Assembly: GCA_964450385.1 (NCBI GenBank) | Contig: CAYVEC010000003.1 | Coordinates: 4,104-68,103, forward strand | DNA from: an uncultured Planctomycetales bacterium | Lineage (GTDB): Bacteria > Omnitrophota > Gorgyraeia > Zapsychrales > JANLHA01 | Direction: 5' to 3' | DNA length: 64,000 nt | In this document: one piece after another, positions 1 to 10,925 of the stretch | Numbering within the stretch: position 1 is the stretch's first letter | Layout: each line of letters starts with the position of its first letter | The notes under the pieces: model-generated | Told to the model about the DNA's origin: nothing | Databases searched by the model: none | The model's input: the letters and a program-made list of their open reading frames with translations, nothing else | Position numbers and translations under genes: made by a program

Positions 1-114
1 GCGAGTATCGCGAGCCTGTTGCTCACGACCGAGACCTTGATTACGGATATCCCGCAGAAAGAGGCTCCGGCCATGCCGGGCGGAATGGGCGGCGGGATGC
101 CGGGCATGATGTAA
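1..114 (+). CDS. groL: Chaperonin GroEL, C-terminal fragment (5' partial). The translation ...[37 protein letters not shown] ends in a Gly-Met repeat tail.
   Basis: I translated frame 1 directly. The ITTE..TDLP motif and the GGM-repeat C-terminus are characteristic of Cpn60. Confidence 0.8.
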   Translation, partial: ASIASLLLTTETLITDIPQKEAPAMPGGMGGGMPGMM

Positions 115-153
115 TGGAGTCGTCGCCGCAGGCGACGTTGGGGCGTGTTACGA

Positions 154-190
154 AGGGCGGGGGACACGAGTGTTCCCTGCCCTTTTTTAT
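154..190 (+). terminator. Rho-independent terminator after groEL
   Basis: An imperfect GC-rich hairpin (agggcggggga...tccctgccct) is followed by TTTTTTATT. Confidence 0.5.
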
Positions 191-353
191 TGACCTGCCG
201 TGCCTGGCTGGCGCCTGCATTTTTCGATCGTGCTATGAAGAAAGCGCTTGCCCATTTTGACTGTTTTACCCTTTTCTTCGTATTTTTATCAGATATACTT
301 TCACTATAAAAATGTAGAGGAATCGTCAAAGATTCCGGTTTTTTTAGAAAACA

Positions 354-3300
354 TGGCAAAAAAAACCTCAAAATTCGTCTCCCTTCTTGTACTCGTCTTT
401 TTTTTGACAAGCACGATCATGCCGCCGTCGTTATCGGCACAGGGGGTGGGCCTCTCTGGGGCCCTGCCCGCACCCGGGACCTTGGTCATGCCGACTCAGG
501 CCTTTGATCCTGTTCAATTGATGGGGATGCAGATCGATCTTGCCCGGCCGTTTCAGGTGAATTTTATCCTCGACACCGGTGACACGGGGCTCATGGGCGA
601 CCCGCTTAAAGACGAGGTCACACGGATCGCGCGCTATTTTTTGGCGAGCCTCGCGCTCCCGGAGAAAGACCTCTGGGTCAACCTTTCTCCGTATGAGAAA
701 GAACGGATCATTCCCGAGGATTTCGGGCTGACTGAAATGGGGCGCGATGTCCTGGCTCAGGATTATGTCTTGAAGCAGCTCACCTCGTCGCTCCTTCATC
801 CTGACCACGCGACGGGAAAGGATTTTTGGCAAAGGATCCGTGAACGCGCGGCGCGCGAGTTCGGCGCCTCGAACATTTCGGTGGAGACCCTTCATAAAAT
901 CTGGATCGTTCCGGAAAAGGCGGAGGTCTTCGTGAACGGCAGCACCGCCCTCCTCGGCGAGGTGCGGCTGAAGGTCCTGCTTGAGGAGGATTATTGGGCG
1001 CAGAGCGAGCGCGCGTCCTCGAGTCTAGCGGCACCGGAGGGGGGTTCGGGCCTGAATGCCCTTCAGACCCAGATTCTGCGTGACGTCGTGGTCCCGGAGG
1101 TCGCGCGCGAGGTGAACGAAGGGGAGCTCTTTGCCACGCTCCGTCAGGTCTATCGCGCGATGGTCCTCGCGGTGTGGTATAAAAACACCCTGACCGAGAG
1201 CATGCTCATCCAGCGCTATGCCGACAGCGGCCGGATCGACGGGGTTGACCTCGATGACCCGGCTGAGAAAGAAAAGATCTACGCCGAGTATCTCGCGGCG
1301 TTTAAAAAAGGGGTGTTTAATTTTATCCGGGAGGATACGGAGCCCCTGACCCAGCAGGTGATCCCGAGAAAATATTTCTCCGGCGGGGTTGATAACGCGA
1401 TGATCGCTCAGGCGATTCAGGTCAAAGAAGGCCCGATCCCGTTAGAGAAGAGGAATGGAATTTTTGGCCGCATCGGCCGGGCCGGGGCAGGGGTTGTCTT
1501 GGCTGCCCTGGCGCTGACAGCTTCCGGGACCGTTCATTCAGCTGAGGCCCCTTCACGAGGGGTCATCGAGATTACTGCTGGTTCCCCGGAACAAGGCCTC
1601 ATATCAAAGGAGGCCTTTAGGAAAATTTTGGAGAAGAGGGGGGCCTTTTGGTTTGATGATGTTCGATTGGTTCTGAACAATGAAAATCTGTCCCCTGCAA
1701 TGATTCGGCCATATTGGGATATGTTTTTAAAGATGACAAGCAATTTGAAGGGGATGACAAATGATGAGCGGGCGGGTATTGTCTCGGTTCTTCACGATTC
1801 CTTCCGGCTTTTCGGGTATACAGGCGCGATCGAGCGATCAGGGGGGCAGCTTATTCCTTTTTCCGAACAGGTTTTTGGCCGGTTCTTTCAAACTTCGTCG
1901 AGTGATGGCCTAACGACGTTGTATCGTCTTGATGAGATTGACCCGCCCACGCGTGTCGCCTATGTGAAATGGGCGTCATGGGCCGTTCAACAGCGCAGGC
2001 CCGCTGGTGTCAGCGTTCCTGCTGATGTGGCCGAGGTCCTCGTTTCATTCCGCGGGTTTTATGGGCTTAAGAAGGACTTGGGGCCGAAACCATTTCAGGC
2101 CTTTTTCAATCAGGTCATTGCGGAACACCCTATCATTGCTTTAAAAGGCCTGCTGCAAGTCAAGGCCGGCAGTCCCGATTGGCTAGAATATTGGCCGCCG
2201 ATGATGAGCGCCTTGGGTAAGACCATGCGACAGATGCCATTCCAGGATGTCCGTGCGGTGAATGATGCGGTCGTGAAAATGATTTCGGATGCAGGAGGAT
2301 ATCAACAGGCGAGGCGGCTCCTTGGTAAACGATGGGTCGACTTTATGCGAAAGTTTGTTGTTGCCTCTGCAGACAGCCTGACGTCTTCACGGGCCTTGTT
2401 GGACATTGAGAGAGAGACGAGTTTTAATTATTTGCGGGCCCTTTCGTCTGTTGTTCCTTCGGATCACGAGGACTGGGAATTGGTGATGAATGATGTGTTT
2501 ACTCATGCAGCGGCTCTGTTGGGTCAGGCTCAGGGATCAGGGAGGACCGATCAGCGGCGGCACGCGTCGGCGATGGTCTATGCCGGGATGCTTCTTGGGG
2601 GGTATGACGGTATGGAGGAGTTTTTGGCTAAACAAGGCGTCTTTATGCGCGGGCCCTTGCTTGAATTTTTGGTTGCTGAGTTAGACAAGGAAGTTCAGAT
2701 CGCCCTTAATCAGGGAGCTTCGCTTGGTGTTGTGAATGAACGGCTTTCTCCTAACATGAATGCATTGATCCGGATGCTATTCTGGTATCGTTCTCTTGAT
2801 ACGGATGACGGGGAGGCCTATGCGCGTGTGATGATAGCGAAGTTACGCCGCCTCATCGGGTATTCGGGCACGGCGGAGCAGCTGTTGGCACGGCTCGATG
2901 CGAAAATTTTGATGGCGCATCTCGCTGATTTCGCGAATGGGGCGATTCATTTAGATCATGTGATTCGTGTTCTGGATCATCCACTTTTTCGTCAAGAGAC
3001 AGCGGACATGGACCCGGCGCACCGGTTTGTGGTGGCACGGATGATCGAGGTGACCCTTGAGCGGGTCGATGCGCAAATGACGGATGAGAATATCGGCATA
3101 CTTGCCCCGCTTGTGATTCAATCATGGTATGAATTCGAGGGCCGTCCTATTCTGACAGAGGGCCAGACTGTTGTGCTGGTTTATGGGGATGATAAGAAGA
3201 CTTTCGGTGATGATCTTTTTACGATTCGTGAATTGGCCAAAGATTTTCATTTGAGGCTCATCGAACTCGGACCTGAAAAGGACAAATCCGAGGTTGAAAG

Positions 3301-4108
3301 GGTTCTGCGCGACTCGAGGGTTTCAGCCGCAGTATTTATTGGTCATGGCAACCAATATCGAGATAATAGGGGGATCCCTCATACCGTGTTTGTCCGTCGA
3401 TCAACATCGCCGTCATTGGGTGTCTCACGAGACATAGGGGGCCAGGAAATTATTACGGATGAGGAGGCGGGAGCATGGATTAAAGGGAAGTCGCTCCTTG
3501 TCACAACATCATGTTACGGTGCCGATTTTTTTCGTTATGTATCCGGTGCTGTTGTAGTCGGGGATGCAGGCCGAGGCAATGTTGCGATTGGACGCTCACA
3601 TGTTTTAAAATTGTTTTTAGAGGGGGACAAGCAAGGTGGCAAGATCAGGGGGGGGGCGTTATACAACTTTGCTGATGCCCCAGAGGCTTCATTCCCATTT
3701 ATAAGTATCCCCGAGAAGCGCGGAACGGTTGAGGGAATATTCAAGCGGCTCAAATTCAAGCCAGGAAAATCAAAAAAGTCTATTGAGCCGCCGACGAATT
3801 TATACGGAGTTGTTCCGATTATTAATGATGCCGGTGATTCGTCTCGGATGTATGCCGGTCGTTCGAGCAGCGGCAATCGTGACACAGCCATGATCGCTTC
3901 GGCCTCAACTGCCAGCCCCGGCAATGATCCGGTCGGCGGTATTGACCTTAATCCCGTTAACATGGATCTTATCATCAACGGGACACTCGCTTTTCCTGAG
4001 GTGTATTTAGGAGAATCGGTTCGTTTGCCCGATGATTTCAGCGGCCTGACCCCGCAGGTTCTCTTTATGGTGCCGGTTGTGTCGGGCACCCCTGCCCAGA
4101 ATCCTTAA
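354..4108 (+). CDS. Very large secreted multidomain protein (~1251 aa) of unknown function. It has an N-terminal signal peptide, an internal hydrophobic segment (~aa 400) and a C-terminal caspase-like (clan CD) His/Cys module.
   Basis: The ORF track gives 248..4108; I moved the start to ATG 354 (MAKKTSKFVSLLVLVFFLTSTIMPPSLSAQG = signal peptide) because upstream codons are AT3-rich. The motifs VVLVYG / AAVFIGHGNQY / SLLVTTSCYGADF match a caspase-fold dyad pattern. Its N-terminus is paralogous to the partial CDS at 63660. Confidence 0.6.
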
Positions 4109-4175
4109 CCGTGCACTCACTCGAGCCCACCCTAGGAGGCGTTCTTTTAGAGGATGGCCCATGATTTAAATATTG

Positions 4176-4210
4176 ACTTTCTCGCCTTCTTTATATATAT
4201 TATGTACTCA
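4176..4210 (+). promoter_or_regulatory. Putative sigma-70 promoter for the IMPDH-like/guaA operon
   Basis: TTGACT, a 17-nt spacer, then TATATAT inside an AT-rich 200-bp intergenic region. Confidence 0.35.
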
Positions 4211-4316
4211 ATAAGCACATCAGACCTAAAAATGATGGAATTTTCTAATATTTCTTCATTTTTATATACATTTCATCGCATTTCTTTCGTTATCGTGAAC
4301 AGGAGGGCTCAATTCC

Positions 4317-5477
4317 ATGGCAGAATGGATCGGTATTGATCGGCGGGCGCGCCGGTGTTATGGTTTTGATGAAGTGGCGCTTGTCCCGGGGATGCAGACA
4401 GTAAATCCGAACGAGGTTGACACGAGCTGGACGTTCGCGGGGATGAAACTCGATATCCCGATCATGGCCGCGGCCATGGATGGGGTGGTGGATGTAGGGT
4501 TTGTGGTCGCGATGGGAAAACTTGGAGGGATCGCAGTCCTGAATCTCGACGGGGTCCAGACCCGCTATGATGACCCGAATGAAGTCTTACATGAGATCGC
4601 CGAGTCCTCGCCCGAAAAGGCCACCGAGCTGCTTCAAAAACTTTATCTTCCCCCTATTCAAGAAAAACTGATCACCCGGCGGATCGAGCAGATCCGGGCC
4701 GGGGGGGTGCCGGCGGTCGTCGGCTGTGTCCCTCAGACCGCGGAACGCTTCGGCGCGATCGCCCAGGAGGCAGGGGCGGTGGCGCTCGTCGTTCAGTCTC
4801 AGGTCTCGTCGGCCAAACACGTTTCAACCGAATATAAGGTCTGTGATTACGGCGAACTCTGTCAGACGCTTAAGATCCCGGTGGCGATCGGGAATGTCGT
4901 TACTTATAAGATGACCATGGAGCTCATGGACCTCGGCGCAAGCGCGGTCCTGATCGGCGTTGGTCCGGGCGCGGCCTGCACGACGCGCGGGGTGCTCGGG
5001 ATCGGGGTCCCGCAGATCACCTCCACGGTGGACGCGGCGGCGGCGCGGGATCATTTTTACAAACGCACGGGTAAATATGTCCCGATCATCACGGATGGCG
5101 GGATGAGGATCGCGGGCGAGATCTGTAAGGCCTTTGCCGCCGGGGCGGACGCCTGTATGGTGGGGTCTGCCTTTGCGCGGGCCGAGGAGGCCCCGGGCCG
5201 CGGATATCATTGGGGCATGGCGATGCCGCATTCGAATCTGCCGCGCGGGACACGGATTCGCGTCGGCACCTCCGGGACTCTCGCGCACATTCTCTGCGGG
5301 CCGGCCAGGGTCGACGATGGGACGCAAAATTTAATGGGGGCGCTCAAGGCCTCCATGGGGGCCCTTGGGGCACAGACACTGAAGGCGATGCATGATGTCG
5401 AGATCATCATTGCCCCGTCGATCCAGACCGAGGGTAAATCCTTTCAGGTCGGTCAGCGCGTTGGGATGGGGAAATAG
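4317..5477 (+). CDS. IMP dehydrogenase/GMP reductase family protein lacking the CBS pair (GuaB3-like)
   Basis: A TIM-barrel IMPDH-like sequence with the catalytic-loop Cys (GVGPGAACTTRGVLGIGVPQ). At 386 aa there is no CBS insertion. RBS AGGAGGG sits upstream. Confidence 0.8.
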   Translation: MAEWIGIDRRARRCYGFDEVALVPGMQTVNPNEVDTSWTFAGMKLDIPIMAAAMDGVVDVGFVVAMGKLGGIAVLNLDGVQTRYDDPNEVLHEIAESSPEKATELLQKLYLPPIQEKLITRRIEQIRAGGVPAVVGCVPQTAERFGAIAQEAGAVALVVQSQVSSAKHVSTEYKVCDYGELCQTLKIPVAIGNVVTYKMTMELMDLGASAVLIGVGPGAACTTRGVLGIGVPQITSTVDAAAARDHFYKRTGKYVPIITDGGMRIAGEICKAFAAGADACMVGSAFARAEEAPGRGYHWGMAMPHSNLPRGTRIRVGTSGTLAHILCGPARVDDGTQNLMGALKASMGALGAQTLKAMHDVEIIIAPSIQTEGKSFQVGQRVGMGK

Positions 5478-5584
5478 ACCGTGCGGCCACTGCTGGGATG
5501 GGCCGCTGAGCATACATAAAGACTGCGTGGAGCGGAGTGTCAAAGGAGAGTCGCGCACAACCAACCAACAGGCAGGAAGGCGAT

Positions 5585-7300
5585 ATGTCAAGAACAAAGG
5601 CCAAGAAGGTCGTCAAAAAAACAACCCCCAAATCCGCCGCCAAGAAGCGACCGACGTTGGTCAAGCGATCTGGACAGCGGACCTCGAAAAAAGGCGAGCC
5701 CGGCAAGATGTCCCTTCCAAAGGGTCGCTCCCGGTTCACTGTTAAGATCTCGAAGCAGCGGAATAAGGACATGATCCTGATCCTGGACTTCGGCTCTCAG
5801 TATACTCAGCTCATTGCTCGACGGATCCGCGAGCAGAAGGTTTTTAGCAAGATTGTTCCTTACACCATCAGCGCGGCGGATATTTTGAAGGAGAACCCGA
5901 AGGGGCTTATCCTGTCGGGCGGGCCGATGAGTGTTTATGATGAAGGGGCGCCTCTGCCGTGCAAGGAGATTTTTGATCTTGGCCTGCCGATCCTCGGGGT
6001 CTGCTATGGGATGCAGGCGATGGTCCATATGCATGAGGGAAAAATTTCCCGTAGCAAGACGAGGGAATATGGCCGCGCCGAGCTTTTTGTCGACCGCAAT
6101 CGTGATATCTTCGCGAACCTTCCGACGAATCTGACCTGTTGGATGAGCCATTCGGACGCTACGGTCCAGATGCCCAAGGGCTTTCAGGTTTTTGCCCATA
6201 CGCTGAACGCTCCTGTCGCTGCGATCGGCCATGTTCGGAAAAAGATCTATGGGGTTCAATTTCATCCCGAGGTGATCCATACCCAGCGCGGGGCCGAGAT
6301 CCTGGGGAATTTTGTTTTTCAGGTCTGCAATTGTTTCCCCCGTTGGACCATGGATAAATTCATCGCCATGACAACGAAACAGATCAAGGAGCGAGTCGGC
6401 CAGAAAAAGGTGGTGCTCGGGCTGAGCGGCGGGGTTGATTCGTCGGTCACGGCCATGCTCATCCATCAGGCGATCGGCCGGAAGCTCCAGTGCATCTTTG
6501 TGGACAATGGTCTCCTTCGGAAGAACGAGGTGAAGGCCGTTGAGAAGATGTTCAAAGGCGCCTTTAAGATGAATTTGACGATCATCGACGCGAGCAAGCG
6601 ATTTTTGACCCGGCTCGCGGGGGTCACGGATCCGGAACAAAAGCGGAAGATCATCGGCGACGAATTTATCAAGGTTTTTCAGGATGCGGCTAATAAGGTG
6701 AAGAATGTAAATTTCCTCGCCCAGGGGACGCTCTATCCGGATGTCATCGAATCCATCTCTCCGCTCGGCGGGCCGTCGGCCACGATCAAAAGCCATCACA
6801 ACGTGGGGGGGCTCCCGAAGAATATGAAGCTCGAGCTCATCGAGCCGCTGCGGGAGCTTTTTAAGGACGAGGTCCGGGTGATCGGAAAACACCTCGGGCT
6901 CCCTGAAAGCGTGCTCCAGCGCCAGCCTTTTCCGGGTCCGGGTCTTGCGGTTCGCATCATCGGAGATGTTACTTTGGAGCGATTGGAGATCCTTCGTGAG
7001 GCGGATGAGCGTGTTCTCGAAGAGATCAAACGCGAGGGGCTGTATGATAAGGTCTGGCAGTCGTTCGCCGTTCTTCTGCCGATCAAGAGCGTCGGGGTCA
7101 TGGGTGACCAGCGGACCTATGAAAATGTCGTCGCGATCCGATGTGTCTCGAGTCATGATGGCATGACCGCCGATTGGGTGGAGCTTCCCTATCCTGTTCT
7201 CGGGCGCATCGCGAATCGGATCATCAATGAGGTCGCGGGGGTCAATCGCGTGGTCTATGATGTGAGCTCAAAACCGCCGTCCACGATCGAGTGGGAATAA
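5585..7300 (+). CDS. guaA: GMP synthase (glutamine-hydrolysing) with an in-frame ~62-aa Lys-rich N-terminal extension. An alternative core start is ATG 5771 ([14 protein letters not shown]).
   Basis: Class I GATase ([22 protein letters not shown]) plus ATP-PPase ([10 protein letters not shown]) and a C-terminal dimerisation region. The extension [23 protein letters not shown]... has GC3-rich codons, a strong RBS (AGGAAGG) before 5585, and no stop before the core. Confidence 0.85.
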   Translation: MSRTKAKKVVKKTTPKSAAKKRPTLVKRSGQRTSKKGEPGKMSLPKGRSRFTVKISKQRNKDMILILDFGSQYTQLIARRIREQKVFSKIVPYTISAADILKENPKGLILSGGPMSVYDEGAPLPCKEIFDLGLPILGVCYGMQAMVHMHEGKISRSKTREYGRAELFVDRNRDIFANLPTNLTCWMSHSDATVQMPKGFQVFAHTLNAPVAAIGHVRKKIYGVQFHPEVIHTQRGAEILGNFVFQVCNCFPRWTMDKFIAMTTKQIKERVGQKKVVLGLSGGVDSSVTAMLIHQAIGRKLQCIFVDNGLLRKNEVKAVEKMFKGAFKMNLTIIDASKRFLTRLAGVTDPEQKRKIIGDEFIKVFQDAANKVKNVNFLAQGTLYPDVIESISPLGGPSATIKSHHNVGGLPKNMKLELIEPLRELFKDEVRVIGKHLGLPESVLQRQPFPGPGLAVRIIGDVTLERLEILREADERVLEEIKREGLYDKVWQSFAVLLPIKSVGVMGDQRTYENVVAIRCVSSHDGMTADWVELPYPVLGRIANRIINEVAGVNRVVYDVSSKPPSTIEWE

Positions 7301-7384
7301 GGTCGCGCGGGTCTTGCCGGGATTCGGGGAAAGGCGTTTCGAGATGCGTCGCGCCGCGTTGCCGGTGCGGCGCGATAATCCTAT

Positions 7385-10300
7385 ATGTCACATCCATTCG
7401 TTCATCTTCATGTTCATACCGAATATAGTCTGTTAGACGGCGCCTGCCGTGTGAGCGATCTGGCCGAGAAGGCCCGCGCCATGAATATGCCGGCGGTCGC
7501 GATGACTGATCACGGCAATATCTTCGGCACGGTTGATTTCTACAAGGAGATGCGGCGGGCCGGGGTCAAGCCGATCATCGGGATCGAGACCTATGTGGCC
7601 AAGACCAACCGTTTTGACAAGTCAGGCAAACAGGCTGGGCACAGCCATCTTGTTTTGCTCTGCCGTGATCATGACGGGTACCGCAATCTGGTCAAACTCG
7701 CCTCCGCGGGATATCTTGAGGGATTTTATTATAAGCCCCGCATCGATAAGGAGCTCCTCGCCCGTCACGCGGGCGGCCTCATCGCGACCTCGGCGTGCCT
7801 GAAGGGTGAAATCGCCCATCAGTTCAAGTCCGGGCATGAGGAGGCCGCGTATCAGGAGGCCGATGACATGGTCCAGATCTTCGGCAAGGGAAATTTTTAT
7901 CTCGAGCTTATGGATCATGGGATCCCGGAGCAGAAATATGTTAATGAAGGACTGCTTAAGATGTCCAAGACCCTGGGGATCCCGCTCGTCGCGACGAATG
8001 ATGTCCATTATCTCGAGCATGATCAATGGCGGGCCCATGACGCGATGCTCTGCATTCAGACCCAGAGTTTTTTGAGCGATCAGAACCGGATGCGCATGGC
8101 GAGCGACCAGTTCTATTTTAAATCCCCCGACGAGATGGCGCGTCTCTTCGCCTGGGCCCCAGAGGCCCTGACGAACACGGTGGCGATCGCGGAACGCTGT
8201 TCTCTCGAATTCGATTTCGGCCGCTACTATCTGCCGAGTTTTGAGCCGCCTAACGGCAAGACCCAGGAAGCGTATTTACGGGAATTGTGCCGTGAGGGCG
8301 CGGCCCGCCGGTACGGGACATTGTCGCCGGAGTTGGCCGCGCGTCTTGAGGGAGAGCTCCGGGTCATCGAGGAGATGGGGTTTGTGGCGTATTTTTTGAT
8401 CGTCTGGGATTTTGTGCATTATGCCAAAAGCCAGGGCATCCCGGTGGGCCCGGGCCGTGGATCGGCGGCCGGGAGCATTGTCTCGTATGCCCTCGGAATC
8501 ACGGCTCTCGACCCATTGAAATATGGACTGCTCTTTGAACGATTTCTCAACCCTGACCGGAAGGGGATGCCGGACATTGATATCGATTTTTGTTTCGACC
8601 GGAGGCCCGAGGTCATTGAGTATGTGACGCGCAAGTACGGCGAAGAGAATGTCGCTCAGATCATCACCTTCGGAAAAATGAAGGCGCGCGCCGCGGTGCG
8701 TGACGTCGGCCGTGTCATGGGGGTGGCCTATGATGAGGTCGACCGGATCGCGAAGGCGATCCCGCCGGACCTCGGGATGACGATCGAGAAGGCCCTGGAG
8801 GTCGAGCCGGAACTCGTTAAGATCTGCCAGGAAAACAGCACGGCCAAAGAGATTATTGAGACGGCGCGGGTTCTCGAGGGCCTGAACCGGCACGCCTCGA
8901 TCCACGCCGCGGGCGTGGTCATCGCGGACCGGCCGCTCACGGAATATGTCCCGTTATATAAAACCGCTGATGGACAGATCACGACCGGATACACCATGGA
9001 CGGGATCGCCCAGATGGGGTTGCTCAAGATGGATTTTCTCGGCCTTCGCACGCTGACCGTGATCTCGAAGGCCCTCGCGTGGGTGAAGGAGACCCGAGGG
9101 GTGACCCTTGACATCTCAACCGTGGCCCTTGATGACCCCGCGACGTTTCAGCTCTTTTGTGAGGCCAAGACCGCAGGCGTCTTCCAGCTGGAAAGCAGCG
9201 GGATGCGGGACCTCCTCCGGCGGAGCCGGCCGAACCGTTTTGAGGACCTTATTTCGGTCCTTGCCTTGTATCGTCCCGGGCCCATGGGGAGCGGGATGCT
9301 CGATGATTACATCACGCGCAAACGGGGTGAGGCCGCGGTTGAATACCTTCACCCGAAACTCGAAGGGATTCTTAAAGAGACCTTTGGGATGATCGTGTAT
9401 CAGGAGCAGGTCATGCAGACTGCTAGTCTTTTGGCGGGGTTCAGCATGGCCCAGGCGGATAATCTCCGGCGCGCGATGAGTAAGAAGAAGACCGAGGATA
9501 TGCTCAAGATGCGCGAGGCCTTTGTCTCGGGGTGTAAGGCGTCAAGCGCTATCGAGGAAGGCGAGGCGAACCGGCTCTTTGATTTGATCGATTATTTTTC
9601 TGGCTATGGTTTTAATAAGAGTCATTCGGCCGCTTATGCCATGGTCTCGTATCAGACCGCGTATCTGAAGGCGAATTATCCGGTCGAATTCATGTGTGCC
9701 TTGCTCACCTGCGAGCGCGATAACACGGAGAAGGTGGTTGAGTATGTTAAGGAGTGCGAGTTCCTGGGGATCGCGGTGCTCCCGCCGAACGTGAATGAGA
9801 GCAATCTGGAATTTAGCGTGGTGGACAACAAGCGGATCCGGTTCGGTCTGCTCGCGGTGAAAAATATCGGGGCCTCGGCCATCGAATCGATCGTCGCGGA
9901 CCGTCAGATCCATGGCCCGTTTGCCTCGATCTTTGACCTTTGCCAGCGGGTCGACCTTCGGCTCGTCAACCGCAAGGTCCTTGAAAGCCTGATCAAATGC
10001 GGGGCCCTTGATTGTTTCGGGACCTTTCGCTCCCAGATGATGGCTGTTCTTGACAATGCACTTGAGATCGGGGGGAGCCGGCAGCGGGAAAAGGCAGCGG
10101 GTCAATTGTCCCTTTTTGATCTGGGCATGGCCGAGACCGGGTTTTCGAGTAGGACCGAGGTCCTGCCTGACCTGCCGGATTGGCCCCAGACCCAGCGGCT
10201 CGCGTATGAAAAAGAGGTCTTGGGTTTTTATGTCTCGGGTCACCCGCTTGAACAATATCGTTTTGAGATGCGGAAGTTCGCGAATTGTTCAACGCAGAGT

Positions 10301-10816
10301 CTGCTCCGGCTCGGAGAAGGGGCAGGGGCCAAGATGATCGCCCTCATCACCGGGATCAAGCTCACGGCAACGCGGCGGACAGGGGAACGGATGGCTATCT
10401 TAACGGTTGAGGATATGAACACTCAGACCGAGGCCGTGATCTTTCCCGCTGTCTATCAGAAGGTGGCGGATAAATTGCAGGTTGGACAGGTCGTTATCCT
10501 CATGGGTAAGGTGAGCCTCCGAGAGGGGGCGGCGAATATTCTCTGTGATGACGTCCGGCCGGTCGCCGAGATCTATGAGACGATCCGCGCGGTGCGGGTG
10601 AACATGGTCGGCATGGATGCCGAGGGGTTAAAGAGGTTTAAAAATAAGATCGCGCAGTTCCCTGGCGCGGTTCCGGTATATCTTCAGCTCGACACGAAAA
10701 AATTTAAGAGTGTTCAGGTGGTTGTGGGCAAGGATCTTTATGTTCATCCGAACGAGATGCTCCTCAATGACATCAAAGAGATGGTCGGCGAGGACAATTT
10801 TGCCTTGACGATTTGA
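7385..10816 (+). CDS. dnaE: DNA polymerase III alpha subunit
   Basis: An N-terminal PHP domain (HLHVHTEYSLLDG), the polymerase core and an OB-fold, 1143 aa. Confidence 0.95.
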   Translation: MSHPFVHLHVHTEYSLLDGACRVSDLAEKARAMNMPAVAMTDHGNIFGTVDFYKEMRRAGVKPIIGIETYVAKTNRFDKSGKQAGHSHLVLLCRDHDGYRNLVKLASAGYLEGFYYKPRIDKELLARHAGGLIATSACLKGEIAHQFKSGHEEAAYQEADDMVQIFGKGNFYLELMDHGIPEQKYVNEGLLKMSKTLGIPLVATNDVHYLEHDQWRAHDAMLCIQTQSFLSDQNRMRMASDQFYFKSPDEMARLFAWAPEALTNTVAIAERCSLEFDFGRYYLPSFEPPNGKTQEAYLRELCREGAARRYGTLSPELAARLEGELRVIEEMGFVAYFLIVWDFVHYAKSQGIPVGPGRGSAAGSIVSYALGITALDPLKYGLLFERFLNPDRKGMPDIDIDFCFDRRPEVIEYVTRKYGEENVAQIITFGKMKARAAVRDVGRVMGVAYDEVDRIAKAIPPDLGMTIEKALEVEPELVKICQENSTAKEIIETARVLEGLNRHASIHAAGVVIADRPLTEYVPLYKTADGQITTGYTMDGIAQMGLLKMDFLGLRTLTVISKALAWVKETRGVTLDISTVALDDPATFQLFCEAKTAGVFQLESSGMRDLLRRSRPNRFEDLISVLALYRPGPMGSGMLDDYITRKRGEAAVEYLHPKLEGILKETFGMIVYQEQVMQTASLLAGFSMAQADNLRRAMSKKKTEDMLKMREAFVSGCKASSAIEEGEANRLFDLIDYFSGYGFNKSHSAAYAMVSYQTAYLKANYPVEFMCALLTCERDNTEKVVEYVKECEFLGIAVLPPNVNESNLEFSVVDNKRIRFGLLAVKNIGASAIESIVADRQIHGPFASIFDLCQRVDLRLVNRKVLESLIKCGALDCFGTFRSQMMAVLDNALEIGGSRQREKAAGQLSLFDLGMAETGFSSRTEVLPDLPDWPQTQRLAYEKEVLGFYVSGHPLEQYRFEMRKFANCSTQSLLRLGEGAGAKMIALITGIKLTATRRTGERMAILTVEDMNTQTEAVIFPAVYQKVADKLQVGQVVILMGKVSLREGAANILCDDVRPVAEIYETIRAVRVNMVGMDAEGLKRFKNKIAQFPGAVPVYLQLDTKKFKSVQVVVGKDLYVHPNEMLLNDIKEMVGEDNFALTI

Positions 10817-10871
10817 TTTTTGGGCGTCATTTTTTCATTTTTTTGATGATTTTGTTCATGCAAAAAAACCT

Positions 10872-10906
10872 TGACACTGTAAACCCTTGTTGATACTATG
10901 TTTACG
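10872..10906 (+). promoter_or_regulatory. Near-consensus sigma-70 promoter upstream of the IHF/HU gene
   Basis: TTGACA, a 17-nt spacer, then TACTAT. Confidence 0.45.
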
Positions 10907-10925
10907 TCAAGGGAGGTGACAACAC

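Noticed and set aside
248-353. Upstream ATG at 248 extending the giant ORF by 35 aa.
   Set aside because: The extra residues would precede the signal peptide and are encoded by AT3-rich codons. The -35-like TTGACT at 258 suggests this is promoter DNA.
4154-4339. A 61-aa ORF in the AT-rich region upstream of the IMPDH-like gene.
   Set aside because: AT-rich codons are atypical for this genome, the ORF overlaps the likely promoter and 5'UTR, and there is no RBS.
5588-7156. A 522-aa ORF on the minus strand opposite guaA. Similar long antisense ORFs occur at 8276..8905, 9542..10255, 20423..21361, 53925..54863, 55043..55756 and 56982..58133.
   Set aside because: Each lies entirely antisense to a gene with strong homology-level evidence. 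High GC suppresses stop codons in the mirror frame, and the translations are Arg/Pro/Gly-rich low complexity with no motifs.
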